From NCBI RefSeq assembly GCF_009834535.1, contig NC_045697.1, forward strand, positions 46,440,001-46,504,000: a stretch of DNA of 64,000 nucleotides. Direction: 5' to 3'. The first letter of the stretch is position 1. The number at the start of each line of letters is the position of its first letter. The notes beneath the pieces are model-generated. The model was not told the origin of the DNA. It saw nothing but the letters and a program-made list of their open reading frames with translations, and did no database searches. Of this stretch, positions 49,705-61,335 are shown one piece after another. The stretch is from Camelus ferus (taxonomy: Eukaryota). The position numbers and the translations under genes are program-made.

Positions 49705-52700
49705 CGTATACAGCCCTACAGTCTTTCTCCACTCAAAATTGTTAAAAACTATGGCAATATTAATTTCTCTTGAGTGATAGATTCTACATTGTGGTCTTGA
49801 AGTAGGTACCATTGGGAGAAGCTTTGAAAAGGTAAAGCTCAGCAAAATCCTTAAAAATATAAAGCTGTTTTTATTCTTCTAATTTTATTAATCATGAGTT
49901 CTCTAGCATTGTCTATAATTTATTCCTCCTTTATTAAGTGGGAAGGAGGGTGCCAGAGTCAGGACAGCAATTCACAAAGTGATGAACCCATAGTTTCTCA
50001 TAAGTTGCTACTAAAATACACCTGTCTGTTTTTCTTTGATTGCTTTTCTGCACCCTCCACTATTTCTGAATCTGGAAGTTTGAGGCCAGAGGAGAGACCA
50101 GATGGATCAGGTGGCTGAAGCGAGAGCACAGGACAGCAGCGGGCATGCACTTGCCATCGATGGCCAGAGAGCTCTGGAACACTGGCTTCTGTTCTGCGCT
50201 CTGTCGCTGTCCAGTGGGGTGACCGTGGCCTCTATTTCCCAGTTACAGCTTGGTTCCTACAAAAATGATGACAGGCTACTGACTCATATTGATCGTTCTT
50301 CATTTGCTTTGAGACACAATAAATTAAATATACTTTCAAAACTTGAAGTTACGTTTTACAAGAGGTAACCCCAGAATGTCACCCCATTTGGCATGTGCCA
50401 CGGGTTTGATGGGAAGGAAGGAAAAGGAGGGAGGAAGAGTGGGCAGCATATTCACTCCATGATTCTTTGTGAAATGAAACTGCTGCCAACGTGTGTCATT
50501 CTGACAAATTTCTAAGCAGATTTTAGAGGTTCATAGAGATGTTTAAGGGGTCTGCATTGGCCAGCAGCTGTGAAGATCACCAGCAAGACTGAATGATTCT
50601 CTGCATAAATTCGGCATAAGCCCAGTTAACAGAAAGATGGGAAATGGAGAGAACAGCATTTTCATCCGCACCTCTGTGACTCCCTGGAGACCCCTGAGGT
50701 ACCCTGTGAAGACCAAGGAGATGGGGAGGGCAGATTCCTCTCGTCATCAGTATCTACACATGATGAACGGCCCCAAATGACAGTCTCCTTCTGAAGGAAA
50801 AAGGCAAACTTAGTAAGTGTCTTTTCAGCAATGTCATCACTCAGCATTTAAAAAAGAAACAAGCACAAGTAATAAATGTTGATTATTCCAAACATGCAGA
50901 ATGTAGAGGCTGCACATTACTGCCTCAAAAGCAGAAAAGTTTTCTTCTTTTCTGAAATCAGTGACCCCCAAACTCTGTCATTAGTAACAATAATTAAAAG
51001 GTGCTCTAAGAGGGAATGGATGGATGATTGCCACTAAGAGGCACATTCTCATTAATTTATTACTGATTTTTAACTTTGCTTCATTAGGACATGTCTGGTG
51101 AAGGCCATTTAGGACTCAGGGGATTTGCCTGTACTTCACGTTGCCTCCATATTGGTTCCAGGGAAGGAGGATCATTTCAGTTTGTTGTCCTCCATGGACC
51201 TATATGTACAGGGAGGTGGAGAGAAACCTACTGCCTTGTAAATCTCCCAATCAAGGAAGTGGTCAGCTTCCTTAGGATGTTCCTGAGACTGACTGAATGG
51301 GTCTTTAGGAGGCAGTTCTGGGAAACAATCATCAGCTGAGCACACTGTGAAGCAGTTTGCATGTCATTTACGTTTTTACGTCAGTGAGCAGTATGAATAA
51401 AATTCGACTCTGTCCCCGATAGATTAGGTGCCCGGTCTCGAGGATTCTGAAAACACTCTAGGATTAGTTTCCCTCACTATCTTTTGCTCTCTGCATTTCC
51501 AGCTCTCACGTAGTTCATGAAGATTGCCTCTTGGGAGACAGGGAGCTCTCCTCCATGTCTGGTCTTCCAGCCACACAGCAGGGGCCACCACACCTGACAT
51601 GAGAGGGTTCTTCCCAAAAATGTTTTCTAATGAGCTCACTAAACAGAGAACTTTTTTCTTTTAAAAATACTCTTGGCCAAATAAATTATTCTTATCATGT
51701 CTCTGCCTTAGGGCTAAACATCTAGATCTATGTCTCTTGATTTCCCCATGGATCTCTCTTGTGATGGGGATGTGAAGGCATAAATTGATCTATCCCAGTA
51801 TTGGGCTACCACCAAGGAGACTCGAATTAGGCATTTGTTGGCGGTCAATGGCATAATTTACTAGAGCTTGTCTGTCTCCTTTAGAATAGCAAATGCCATA
51901 CCAAATGCCCTTGAACTTTATTTGAAAGGATCAACTCTTTAGGATTCTCTAGGGTGAAATTTTCCCCATTGTTATCACTGCTTTCATCTCCGCCAAGCCT
52001 AACACAAAACCTGGTATAAAGTAGACCCTGAGTAAATGAATAATTGAATAAATAAAGTGTTAGTTCATGCCATGGATGCAACGATCTTTTATATTCTTTT
52101 CCCCAAGGTGTTAGGTATGGAGAATGTAATCTAAGATCATCTGAAATAAACCCTTGAATAAGAACTGAAAATCATACTTGCTTTAGTCATGTAAATAAAG
52201 AAAAGTATTGTTTTGCTTAATTTGGTGGAAGGCTTGGAAATCTGGATTATGCTTTTAGGTATTTTTTAAGCAAATCTATTAAAGGCAAGAGAACATCCAT
52301 ATTGCCAATGGTAAAATAAATGCACAAAATGAATCCATTATCCAATACTCATAGAGCACTGTTTACCAATGATTAACAAATCCAACTGATATTAAGAACT
52401 TAGCCCCCTCTAATGGAGCAGACCATGGGGAAATATCAAAGAAGTGCTAACAGCTGGCTTGTTAATATTCTCAGCCTTTTTTCTTTTACAAGAGAAAACA
52501 AATGGGAAAGCACAAAAGCAATGACAGAGCAGTCCTCTTTAAGATAAACCATAAGAAGTAAAAGTACCAACTAGACTGAGAGCATGACCATTTCCCGGAT
52601 CACAAATTCTAGTATTGGGTATCAGGAATCAAAAGTGCTATTAGCTTAAGGAGCACTGATACACAAGCAACTAATTTTACTCTTTAGCAAATACTTCACT

Positions 52701-53019
52701 AATAGAAAGACCCAATTACAGATCCTAATGGCAAAGAGCATTTATCTCATTAAGTCACTGCCACATGCCATCTGTTTCCAAGTCAAGTCCATATGAAAGA
52801 GCCCTTCAAATAGCAAAAAGAACATAGAGAACGTCAAATCTCACCTTGCTCTCATGGCTTTTTTAATATCTCAGTTTATTCTGAACCACTGTGAAAGTAG
52901 TCATTTGAAAAGGTAAAAATGAAAGGTTAAATACAGAGCTAATCCTTTCAAGAACAAGGTGCGATCCTATCTTTTGGATTCCCTCTGCCCTTCCTTTCTT
53001 CCTTCTACACACACAAATT

Positions 53020-53261
53020 AGGTCCCATCTTGAATGTCACTTGGTCAAAGAAGCCTTCCCTGACTCCGACATGGAAAGCTCCCTGGCCATATACAGTGCA
53101 TGTTGGCTAGATCACCAGCTCATCATTTGTGAGTTTCCAGGGTGCTAAGGCAACTCTCATCTTTGATATAGTTCTAGTCTCTCTAGTACTCAGTGAAGTG
53201 CCTGGCACATGGTAGATATTCAGTCCACATTTGTTAAATGAATGAACAAACGAATGAATGA
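53020..53261 (+). mobile_element. L2 3' end
   Basis: aatgtcacttggtcaaagaagccttccctgac...gtgcctggcacatggtagatattcagt...gaatgaacaaacgaatgaatga. Confidence 0.8.
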
Positions 53262-55469
53262 GAAGCTTAAATGGTAAAGATACAACTGTTCAAGCATCAC
53301 CCAAAACTAAGCAGAGATTTTTAGATACTCTTTAGTGAGTATTAACTGGAAAGAAACACCTAGAGACACTTTTTTATCAATAGAACTTTCCCCTCCGGGG
53401 CCTGATAAGGCAGAGGGGGTCCTATGATCCCCTTACAGCTTCTTGTATGAAAATACTAAATCCCTAAAGGACCACCTGTGGAGGATATCTCTCTGAGTCA
53501 TTGTAAGCACCAGTTCTGAATGGCTTCTTGGATCTCCTGAAATTTTAGTTTCAGTTTTAAACCAGAAGAGAATCCAACCAGTTATTACGAGGCTAGAACT
53601 CATTCCCTGGGCCCTCTTATTCCAGCTGTTTGAAAAAATAAATTTCCTAATTATATTAGACTGTCTCCCCTCACACAACAACTTACAATGGGACTCAGGA
53701 CCCACACTGAAAGAAACTAACTATATGTGGGAACATCTGAGGACACTGTAGTCCAGCTAATAAAACATAAGGCAAAAGATTGGTAAAATCCAATTCTATT
53801 AAATGGAGAAGCATTTTGATTTATCACCTTATAGTGTAGTAATCAAACTCTTTCAGTGTAAGTATGACTGATTCAAGTATATAAAAAACAAAAACTGATG
53901 TTCACACACCTTCATGAATACAAAATGGCTTAGATGGTGAAATAAGCCTTCTATTTCACTATTTGAAGTAGGAGGAAGTCTTGATGTAGTTTCTAGCTTT
54001 TAGTTGTTTTGGTTTTGAAAGGTTATAGCACAATGAATTAAGAAGATCTCGTAAAACATCTTGTTTTGAACTGAGCATGCATTTATATTTAATTGTACAG
54101 TGTTAAACTTGAAAGCATTTTAGGGTTTTTAAATTTCTCCTCAAGTTATTTTTATGTAATTCCAAGGGAAAAATGCTAAACTCTGTAAATACTTCATTCT
54201 TGTTTTGACGTATATGTGTGCATGATAATTGCTCTTTGTTTCATCTTCACTTTTGTGTTATGTGTAAGTATACATCTGTGCATGTAATAATTGCTATTTT
54301 GTTTCCTTTTCTGCCTCTTTTGTTCTTTTCGACTAGAAAATAAGTAAATGTAATAAAAGATTATTGAAAATAAGGGTTAATCTTAAACCTACTCTTTAAG
54401 GAAAATAATTAATGATATCTTTTCTTTGTGTCTATTTTCACTATATAAATATTAATTAACATGGATTTAGCATTTAAAAGAAGTGTTTCCAATTTATACT
54501 GTAGTGTGAGAAATTATTAAATATATAGGTTCAAGCTTTTATTCTCAAGCTAATACTTTTCGTATTAAATGCCGAATGATCCCTAAAGGAAAACTGCAGT
54601 ATATCAGAGCATCTTTGCACTTTGGCACACACTCTCCACTGGGAATATGTTATAACAATATATAATGTAACTGATTCCAGCATGACCTAAATTTGCTCCT
54701 ATATTTATAAGTGAAAGTTTTGCTATCTTAATATACATGATATCATGGTAATCTTCTAATCAAATTTCAGAAGAATTAAGAAGGGAAATTTTTGTATTGA
54801 TATGGGTTGAAGGGTCTTAAAGTGAGTATAGCAGGACGGAAAGAGGATGAGATTGTTGAGAATGTTTATAAATATTGCTGAGGCTGAAATGTGTGGCTGA
54901 TGAGAGAAGAAAGTAAATTAAAGCCAAATTAATGATTAGGAAATTGTCTTCATTACGTCTAATGTAATAGGAGGAATGGAGTGAAAACTGGATGAAGGGG
55001 AGTATTTTCGAAGTGGGCTAATTAAGTCTTCAGAGGTGAAGGAACTCCCCATAATGATGAGGTCAGGAAGAATCAAGAGAATGTGTTCTGAAATGGAGGC
55101 GAGATAACAGAAGTATGAGGCTACTTAATGGACAAAGTGATGACCAAAATGGCAGTAGCATTTGGGGCTGGAGGAAACCTGTGACTTTGACACCACAGTT
55201 GCCAGCGAATTGGTCAAGAGTCCCTTGGATGTAGGCAAAACTGCAAGGAGTAGAAGACAAAGAGGGACTTATCCCTGGGGAGTCAGAGCAATGCGTTTGT
55301 GACCTGGAAGCCACAGTGAAGACCTGTAGAAAGCCAGTTGTGTCACAGACAGAGAAAAAGCAGCTTCCATTGTGAGACCTGCAAGTGTGGGTCCTTTACC
55401 AATGGGCCAAGTTTCCAGAATGGAAGGAAGTGGAAGGAGCATTGGGTGAAGAATATGAGACAGAACAGG

Positions 55470-55978
55470 ATGCTAGCAGACACTGGTGTTCCACTCAGAT
55501 CCCATCAATCCTTGCACACTTTCTCTGAGCCCCGCTGCTCAGAGCCCCATGCCCAGGCCCCCACCCCCACAGCCTTCATAGAGTTTCCAGATTAACTAAC
55601 AAAAATACAGGATGGACAATTCAACTTGAACTTCAGGTAAACAACAAAGAATTTTTTTAGTATAAGTTTGTTCCATGTAATACTTGAGACATACAAAAAG
55701 AATTCATTGTTTACTTGAAATTCAAATTTAATTGAGTGTCATATTTTATCTGGCAACCCTTTGAGGGGAATCAACTTGCAGGAGTAATTTAGGTGGCAGG
55801 GCTCCTCTGAGGGACCAGGTGAGGCCAAATTTCTGCCTGAAAATGGACCCTTGCTGGATGTCTTCCCTCACCCTGCTCTGCTTCCCCCTGTCTCTGCCAG
55901 GTCCTTCCCAGGTACCAGAGTGAGTCACTCGTACACCATTCTTGTCTCAGGGTTTGTTCCTGTGGAATCTGAATTCCT
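55470..55978 (+). mobile_element. Degenerate LTR16-like ERVL LTR interrupted by MER53
   Basis: The start tagcagacactggtgttccactcagatccc and the end cactcgtacaccattcttgtctcagggtttgttcctgtggaa resemble LTR16 termini. Confidence 0.55.
55579..55761. mobile_element. MER53 palindromic hAT MITE
   Basis: Termini tagagtttccagat...atctggcaaccct, with internal inverted arms ttgaacttcaggtaaacaa / ttgtttacttgaaattcaa. Confidence 0.88.
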
Positions 55979-56079
55979 GATGAGGAGTTTACTTTGAGAG
56001 AAACTGAGTATAAAATAGAAAGAGTTTGCAGGCAGGTTGGCAATGGGACCGTGAGTCAGGAGGGAGCAAAAGGAAGGAA

Positions 56080-56182
56080 ATTTGCCCCAGTTTTACAGAG
56101 GAGGAACTTTCCTGACTTGCCTGGCTCACTGGAGTTAGAAAGTGGCATTGCTGAGGTTCAAATGTAGACAGGTCTGGTGCCT
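56080..56182 (-). mobile_element. MIR fragment
   Basis: ccccagttttacagaggaggaac...tgacttgcctggctcac. Confidence 0.6.
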
Positions 56183-56750
56183 AAGCCCTTGCATGTGTCT
56201 CCACACACACTCCGTCTCTAAGGCACAGAAACAAGCAAGAGACTGGCTGAGCACAGGGCTTTGATAACAGACCACCTTGTACCATCTCAGGGGGACAACA
56301 TGTTGACGTCAAAGGAAGGAGCCTGGTTTGTACTGTGCGTGGTGCCTCAGAGGAACAGATCACAGCAATGGATGGAATGAACTTATTTCAAGGTCTGAGG
56401 CCTGAAAGGAACATTCTGGTAAAACAGAGTCCAGAACTGGGATGCTTCCATGTGCTTCCCGAGTGCTGAAGCCATTGGTAGTATCTCCCTGTGGCACTGG
56501 GAGGACTGGGATTGGAACGGAAATCATCTTTCCAAATGCCCTTAATAGAACATAGACGTGCTCTCAGGAGACTTTCCAGTATGAATCACTTAAAGGCCCA
56601 TGTTTCTCCCTTATTATTTAAATGTTCCTTATGCAACATGTTCCATGTTAAAAATCACAACCATTTTTAGGTGAAAACATAACATAATTTTTAAAGTAAA
56701 ATATAGTTACTTAAAGATGCCTTAGTAATTTATGTAATGTTCTTTGTAAT

Positions 56751-56837
56751 TTTTTTTTAATGGAGGTACTGGGGATTGAACCCAGGACAGTGTGCACGTT
56801 AAGCATATGCTCTACTACTGAGCTATACCCAGCCCCC
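56751..56837 (-). mobile_element. tRNA-Ala-derived SINE of camelid Vic-1 type
   Basis: The minus strand reads GGGGGCTGGGTATAGCTCAGTAGTAGAGCATATGCTTAACGTGCACACTGTCCTGGGTTCAATCCCCAGTACCTCCATTAAAAAAAA. It has a Pol III A box (TAGCTCAGTAG), B box (GGTTCAATCC), an A tail and a TSD-like TGTAATTT/TGTGATTT. Confidence 0.88.
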
Positions 56838-57809
56838 TGTGATTTCTTTACTATGACCTAATTTTTCTTTTATTCTCATTAACATACATTCCTTAAATAT
56901 GAAATATTAGTGATAATAAATAATAATAGTGTTTTTCAATTGGAGGAGATTAAAAGTTTGAGAAATGGTGTGGCTAGGGGATGTGGAATATATCTTTGGC
57001 ATTTGGACAGCTGTGGCTCCAAAATTTGGAGCTAAGAGTCAAGCAAAGAGTGTTTTATTGCCAGTATCTAAAACAAATTTTATTGGAAACTTTTATGCTT
57101 GTAGGTTTGAGTAGTTTTTATAGTGAAGAGTTCTGAAAACTGCTATAAAATTTTGCCTTGGGGGTTATGATTACATTTGTATCTTTCCCAAACTTATATA
57201 AATAAAAAAGACAGTTTTTACTGTGAAAGCTTAAAAGGTTAGAGAGGTATTTGGTCTGTGATGAACCTTTTATAGGTTTGATGTTACAGGAATTTATTTT
57301 AAAAATATCAATAAAAATACAACTCTCAGGCCTTGATAAAGAAATTGCAGGAAACTTGACGTTGAAGTTTCTATTCAAACAGACTGACTAAGATAATTTA
57401 ATTAATTTACTGTACCATGCAAACCATCTTTAATGTTAGCTGATGCTACAATTTCACATGGTTGCGATATGTAATTTACAATGTTTTTTGGTGGCTAGAC
57501 AGTAACAGGAGGTAGAATTTTTCTTGCTAGAGCTGTTTACACATAGGCTGGACAATCACGTGGCTTGGAAACAGACACATCTCAGAGGAGACCAGAGGAA
57601 CCCTAAGATCACTTTCCAAACGAGACACTGATTTTTCAGCTGTAGGGGGAATCATTTAAAAATAATATGGGGGAAATATCCCCCTTTCTTCCTCTTCTTC
57701 ACACTAGAGGTTTTTATCTTGCAAAGACAAGTTCTATACCAAAGAGAGAAGAGGATGAGGCAGAAGGAAGAATGGGTGAGAGGGAGGGCGAAAGGGAGAG
57801 AGGAGACAT

Positions 57810-57965
57810 TTACAGTGTAAATCATGTATCACACATGATCTAAAATAACTGTGTAAGGAAGGAAGTGATTCCTCATTTTCCAAGTGAGGTAACTGACTCA
57901 GTGTAGAACTAGAATTCAAACCTGAGTCTCCTGGAGACCCAGACCTGTACTTTTCCCCATTATAT
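57810..57965 (-). mobile_element. Degenerate MIR
   Basis: gattcctcattttccaagtgaggtaactgactcag...ctagaattcaaacctgagtctcctg. Confidence 0.6.
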
Positions 57966-58104
57966 CGGTTTTTAGATTTTACAACTTACAGCAGAAATTG
58001 AGATCAAAAGTGAGGAAGTGATTGTCAATTTATCATATATGTAATAATACATAATAGAGAACATGAATTGGGCTTCTATGGCACTTGTCCAGAAAGCTTC
58101 TGGC

Positions 58105-58960
58105 TCAGTGAGTCAAATCAGCAAACATCTATGGGGCACCTATTATGTGTCAGAGACTGTTCTAGGCATGGTAGATACTGCAGTAAACAAAGTAAACAGA
58201 GCTCTTGCCCTTAGAAAGCTTAGCTTCCACTGGGGAGGAGACTGACAACACACATATATAAGACAATCCCAGGCCTTGGTAAGTGCTTTGGAAAGAAAAA
58301 AATCAAGCAGAAAAGGTAGATTTGGTTTGGCTAAGAGTGTAAGGTCTGAGGATGGTAAGAAAGGTTGACAGTATTTTGTTGAGAGCACTGAAGGCCATGC
58401 TAACGACTCTGGGCTTGATCATGCAGGTAGTGGGCGATCCCATATGAATTTTTTTTTCTAGAAAATTATATGATTAAATTTGGGTTTTAGGCAGTTGCCT
58501 CTACTGACAGTGTAGAGACTGGAATGGAGAGGGAAGACACACAAGGAAAAGGTAGAGGCTTTTCAGTAATTCAGGAAAGAATGATGCAATTATCAAGGCA
58601 ATGAGGATAGATTCATAAACTATCAGTGAAGCACAAGGGCAAGTATTAATGACCAGATATAGAGATAAGGGAGACGAGGGTGGATTTGCTATTCCTGGGT
58701 AAAAAGACAGCTCTCTAGTCTTAGAGAGATGAAAGATATAGGAGGAGGCAAGGAAAAAAACAGTAAGATGTTTCTCCAGAGATTATATATTTGGTTTTGG
58801 GGAGGTTGAATTCAAGGCACTCGTGGCATCATCCAAGTTGATTTTTTTTTTCAGTAAGCATCTGAAAATACAGTATTCTGAGAGCAGCTGGGTCTGGAGA
58901 TAACAATTAGGGGTTAGTAACTTACATGTGTCAACTGAAGCTATGAGAATGGACTGAGGA
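58105..58960 (-). mobile_element. L2 3' region
   Basis: tcagcaaacatctatggggcacctattatgtgtcagagactgttctaggcatggtagatactgcagtaaacaa is the reverse L2 3' end, followed by L2 body motifs. Confidence 0.85.
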
Positions 58961-59389
58961 TGTTACAAAATTTAGGAAAAATGGATACAGGATATTAAGA
59001 GATGTCTGTGATCAACCTGCTTTTCTTTAGAAACTAATATAATAAGAACCAAAGCTACTTAAAGAATAAGGCAACAGAGGGAGTTCCCCTGGAGTGTGTC
59101 CTCATCTTTGATGCCCTGTTACCACTTTTTCCTTCTTCTCTTTCACTCTCTTACTACTACCATGAAACTTCTTCATTCCAGTTACTTCTCCCTCTCCTCT
59201 TTTCTCTTCAGTCTCATTCTCTCCCTCCTCCACATGCACACATACCACTTCTCACTTGGCTCTAATGGCATTTTATAAGATACTCAGCCTTTTCATTTCC
59301 CTTGTGATAAAAATGACTCTTAAAGAAAATTAAGGTTATAGGAAGAAGAATGCACTTGAATCAACCTTGTACAGATGAATAAGGTTACC

Positions 59390-59592
59390 ATGGCATACTG
59401 AAAAGATCAGGGAATACGTTGTCAAAAACCTGGGTTTCCAGGCCAGCATTTCTACTTTAAGCTGCTCATTTACATTAACCCCTTTGAATCTCTGTAGTCC
59501 TCTTAAGAATATACACATCACAGGACTGTGATAAGTAATAGATGAAATGATATATGTAGATGTGTTATATAGGGCTGTACCAATATTAGGTT
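59390..59592 (+). mobile_element. MIR-family SINE
   Basis: aaacctgggtttccaggccagc...ttaacccctttgaatctctgtagtcctc...cacaggactgtgataagtaatagatgaaatgatatatgta. Confidence 0.65.
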
Positions 59593-60599
59593 TTCATCTA
59601 CTGTCTGGCTTGCTCAGTAAATGTTTGTTGAATGAATGATCACCTCTATTAAGGATTCTTGAATTTACCCCTAAAGATCTGTCAGTCTCTATAAAATTGT
59701 TTCTTTAAGGCTTTATAGCTGCCAGTATTTTTGGCCTTAAATATGTTTTTATTACCCTCCTGTAGTTTTGGTTGCATTGGCTTTATCTTAAATAGCAAAG
59801 TTATTAAATTATTATATAAAATGGGCATCATATAAGTATTATTAAATTATGCTAACAATAATATTAAAATTTTTTTTGATTATGACTTTTTGATAATCCT
59901 GATTTCTCTTTTCCTGTAAATCTTTTTCATTCAGTTCTCAACTATACACAAAGAACATAAAAATATTGAAAATACTCCATAAAACTAAACATAAAAGTAT
60001 AGCAACCAGAGAAGGCTATCGTTAAGTTCTCGTTCAGCCATGAGTTTTATATGGCCTACTAAACTGTATTTACCTTATAACATTTTTCCTTACTGTAAAA
60101 TATCCAAAGTTGACTTGGAGACTTGTCTTAAAAGCTTGAAATTTGAAAACCGTGATTATTTCTCAGACCTTCTTACGGACCTCTCAGTGTAACGATGGGA
60201 CCGCAGAAGGCATTGCATTGCAGTCCAGACGGCAGCTTGTTTTCTTTTCTATCAGATACCGTAAAGCTCCATTCCATGCTATGTCAATAGACTTGGTTAG
60301 ATCGCAGTCTAAATTTAGTGCAAATGAACTGCAGAGATTACTGTTGATGAAGACATAAAACTAGGCTATCGGCTTTATGAAAACAAAGGCAAGGCCGGAT
60401 ATTTTTAATATTGTTTTTCAATATCTAGCACAGAAATCGTTCACAAAAGCTTACGCTGAACTACTAAACCATTGTGTGCAGCAAGTTGTGGATTATGATT
60501 CACAAATACTACTTTGCCCACTTCAGAGTCTCTTTCTCAGTAAGCTAGAAAGCACGCGCCTGCTGTCCACGGGCGCCTCGGCGCTCTGTCACCTTCCCC

Positions 60600-61010
60600 G
60601 TGTGTTCTGACTTCGGACATGTGACCTTAGATCTTCTTTCTGAACGGAATTCTCTTCCCTCGTAGACTTCTTCATAGTTTGGTCTCTTACTTTGTTCAGG
60701 TCTTTCCTCACACGTCCTTCAGAGAGTTATTCCTTGACCACATTCAAATAGTCTTTCCCTTCCTTATTCCTAATTACCAGTTTCTGCCTCCTTTTCCTTA
60801 ATTTTTTATTTATGACATTTGTAATTCCCAGAAATTAAACACTTATTTGTAAACTTTTAAATTGCCTGTCTCCCCCCTACCCAATAGACTATAAGGTTCA
60901 CGCAGCCAGTGATCTTGTCTGTAGAGATCACTGCCATCTCCCCAAAGCTTAGATGAGTTGTCTGGAAAGCATTACATGCTCAATAAAAATCTGTTGAATT
61001 GATAAATAAA
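60600..61010 (+). mobile_element. L2 3' region
   Basis: ttcagagagttattccttgacc...tagactataaggttcacgcagccagtgatcttgtctg...atgctcaataaaaatctgttgaa. Confidence 0.7.
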
Positions 61011-61119
61011 TTCCTGATGTCTGTATTTGATTTCTCTCCCAGGAATCCTGGAAAAGTCTTTGAGAGTAGAAATTAAATCCTATATCCTACCAATCAATAG
61101 AAAGTCAAAGTCACTGGGT

Positions 61120-61335
61120 AAATATTTACATCTGCCATTTATCGAGGCAGGCGAGGTACTTGCATGTTCCCATTTAATCCTCAAGACAACTTCCTGAGGT
61201 AGTTATTCTTAGTCTGCTTTAATGATAAGGAAACTAAGACACAGAAAATATAAGTAAATTACCTCAGAATCATTCTAAGTATTAAAGCTGGCATTCAAAC
61301 TTCATTTAGTTTGACCCAAACTCTCTGCTATCTAT
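61120..61335 (-). mobile_element. MIR SINE
   Basis: catttaatcctcaagacaacttcctgaggtagttatt...gataaggaaactaagacacagaaa. Confidence 0.8.

Noticed and set aside
50638..50781. Plus-strand 47-aa ATG ORF (MGNGENSIFIRTSVTPW...)
   Set aside because: No recognisable homology, promoter or splice context, and the length is compatible with chance.
56765..56837. Functional tRNA-Ala gene
   Set aside because: The A tail, TSD-like flanks and disrupted anticodon and acceptor stems indicate a SINE.
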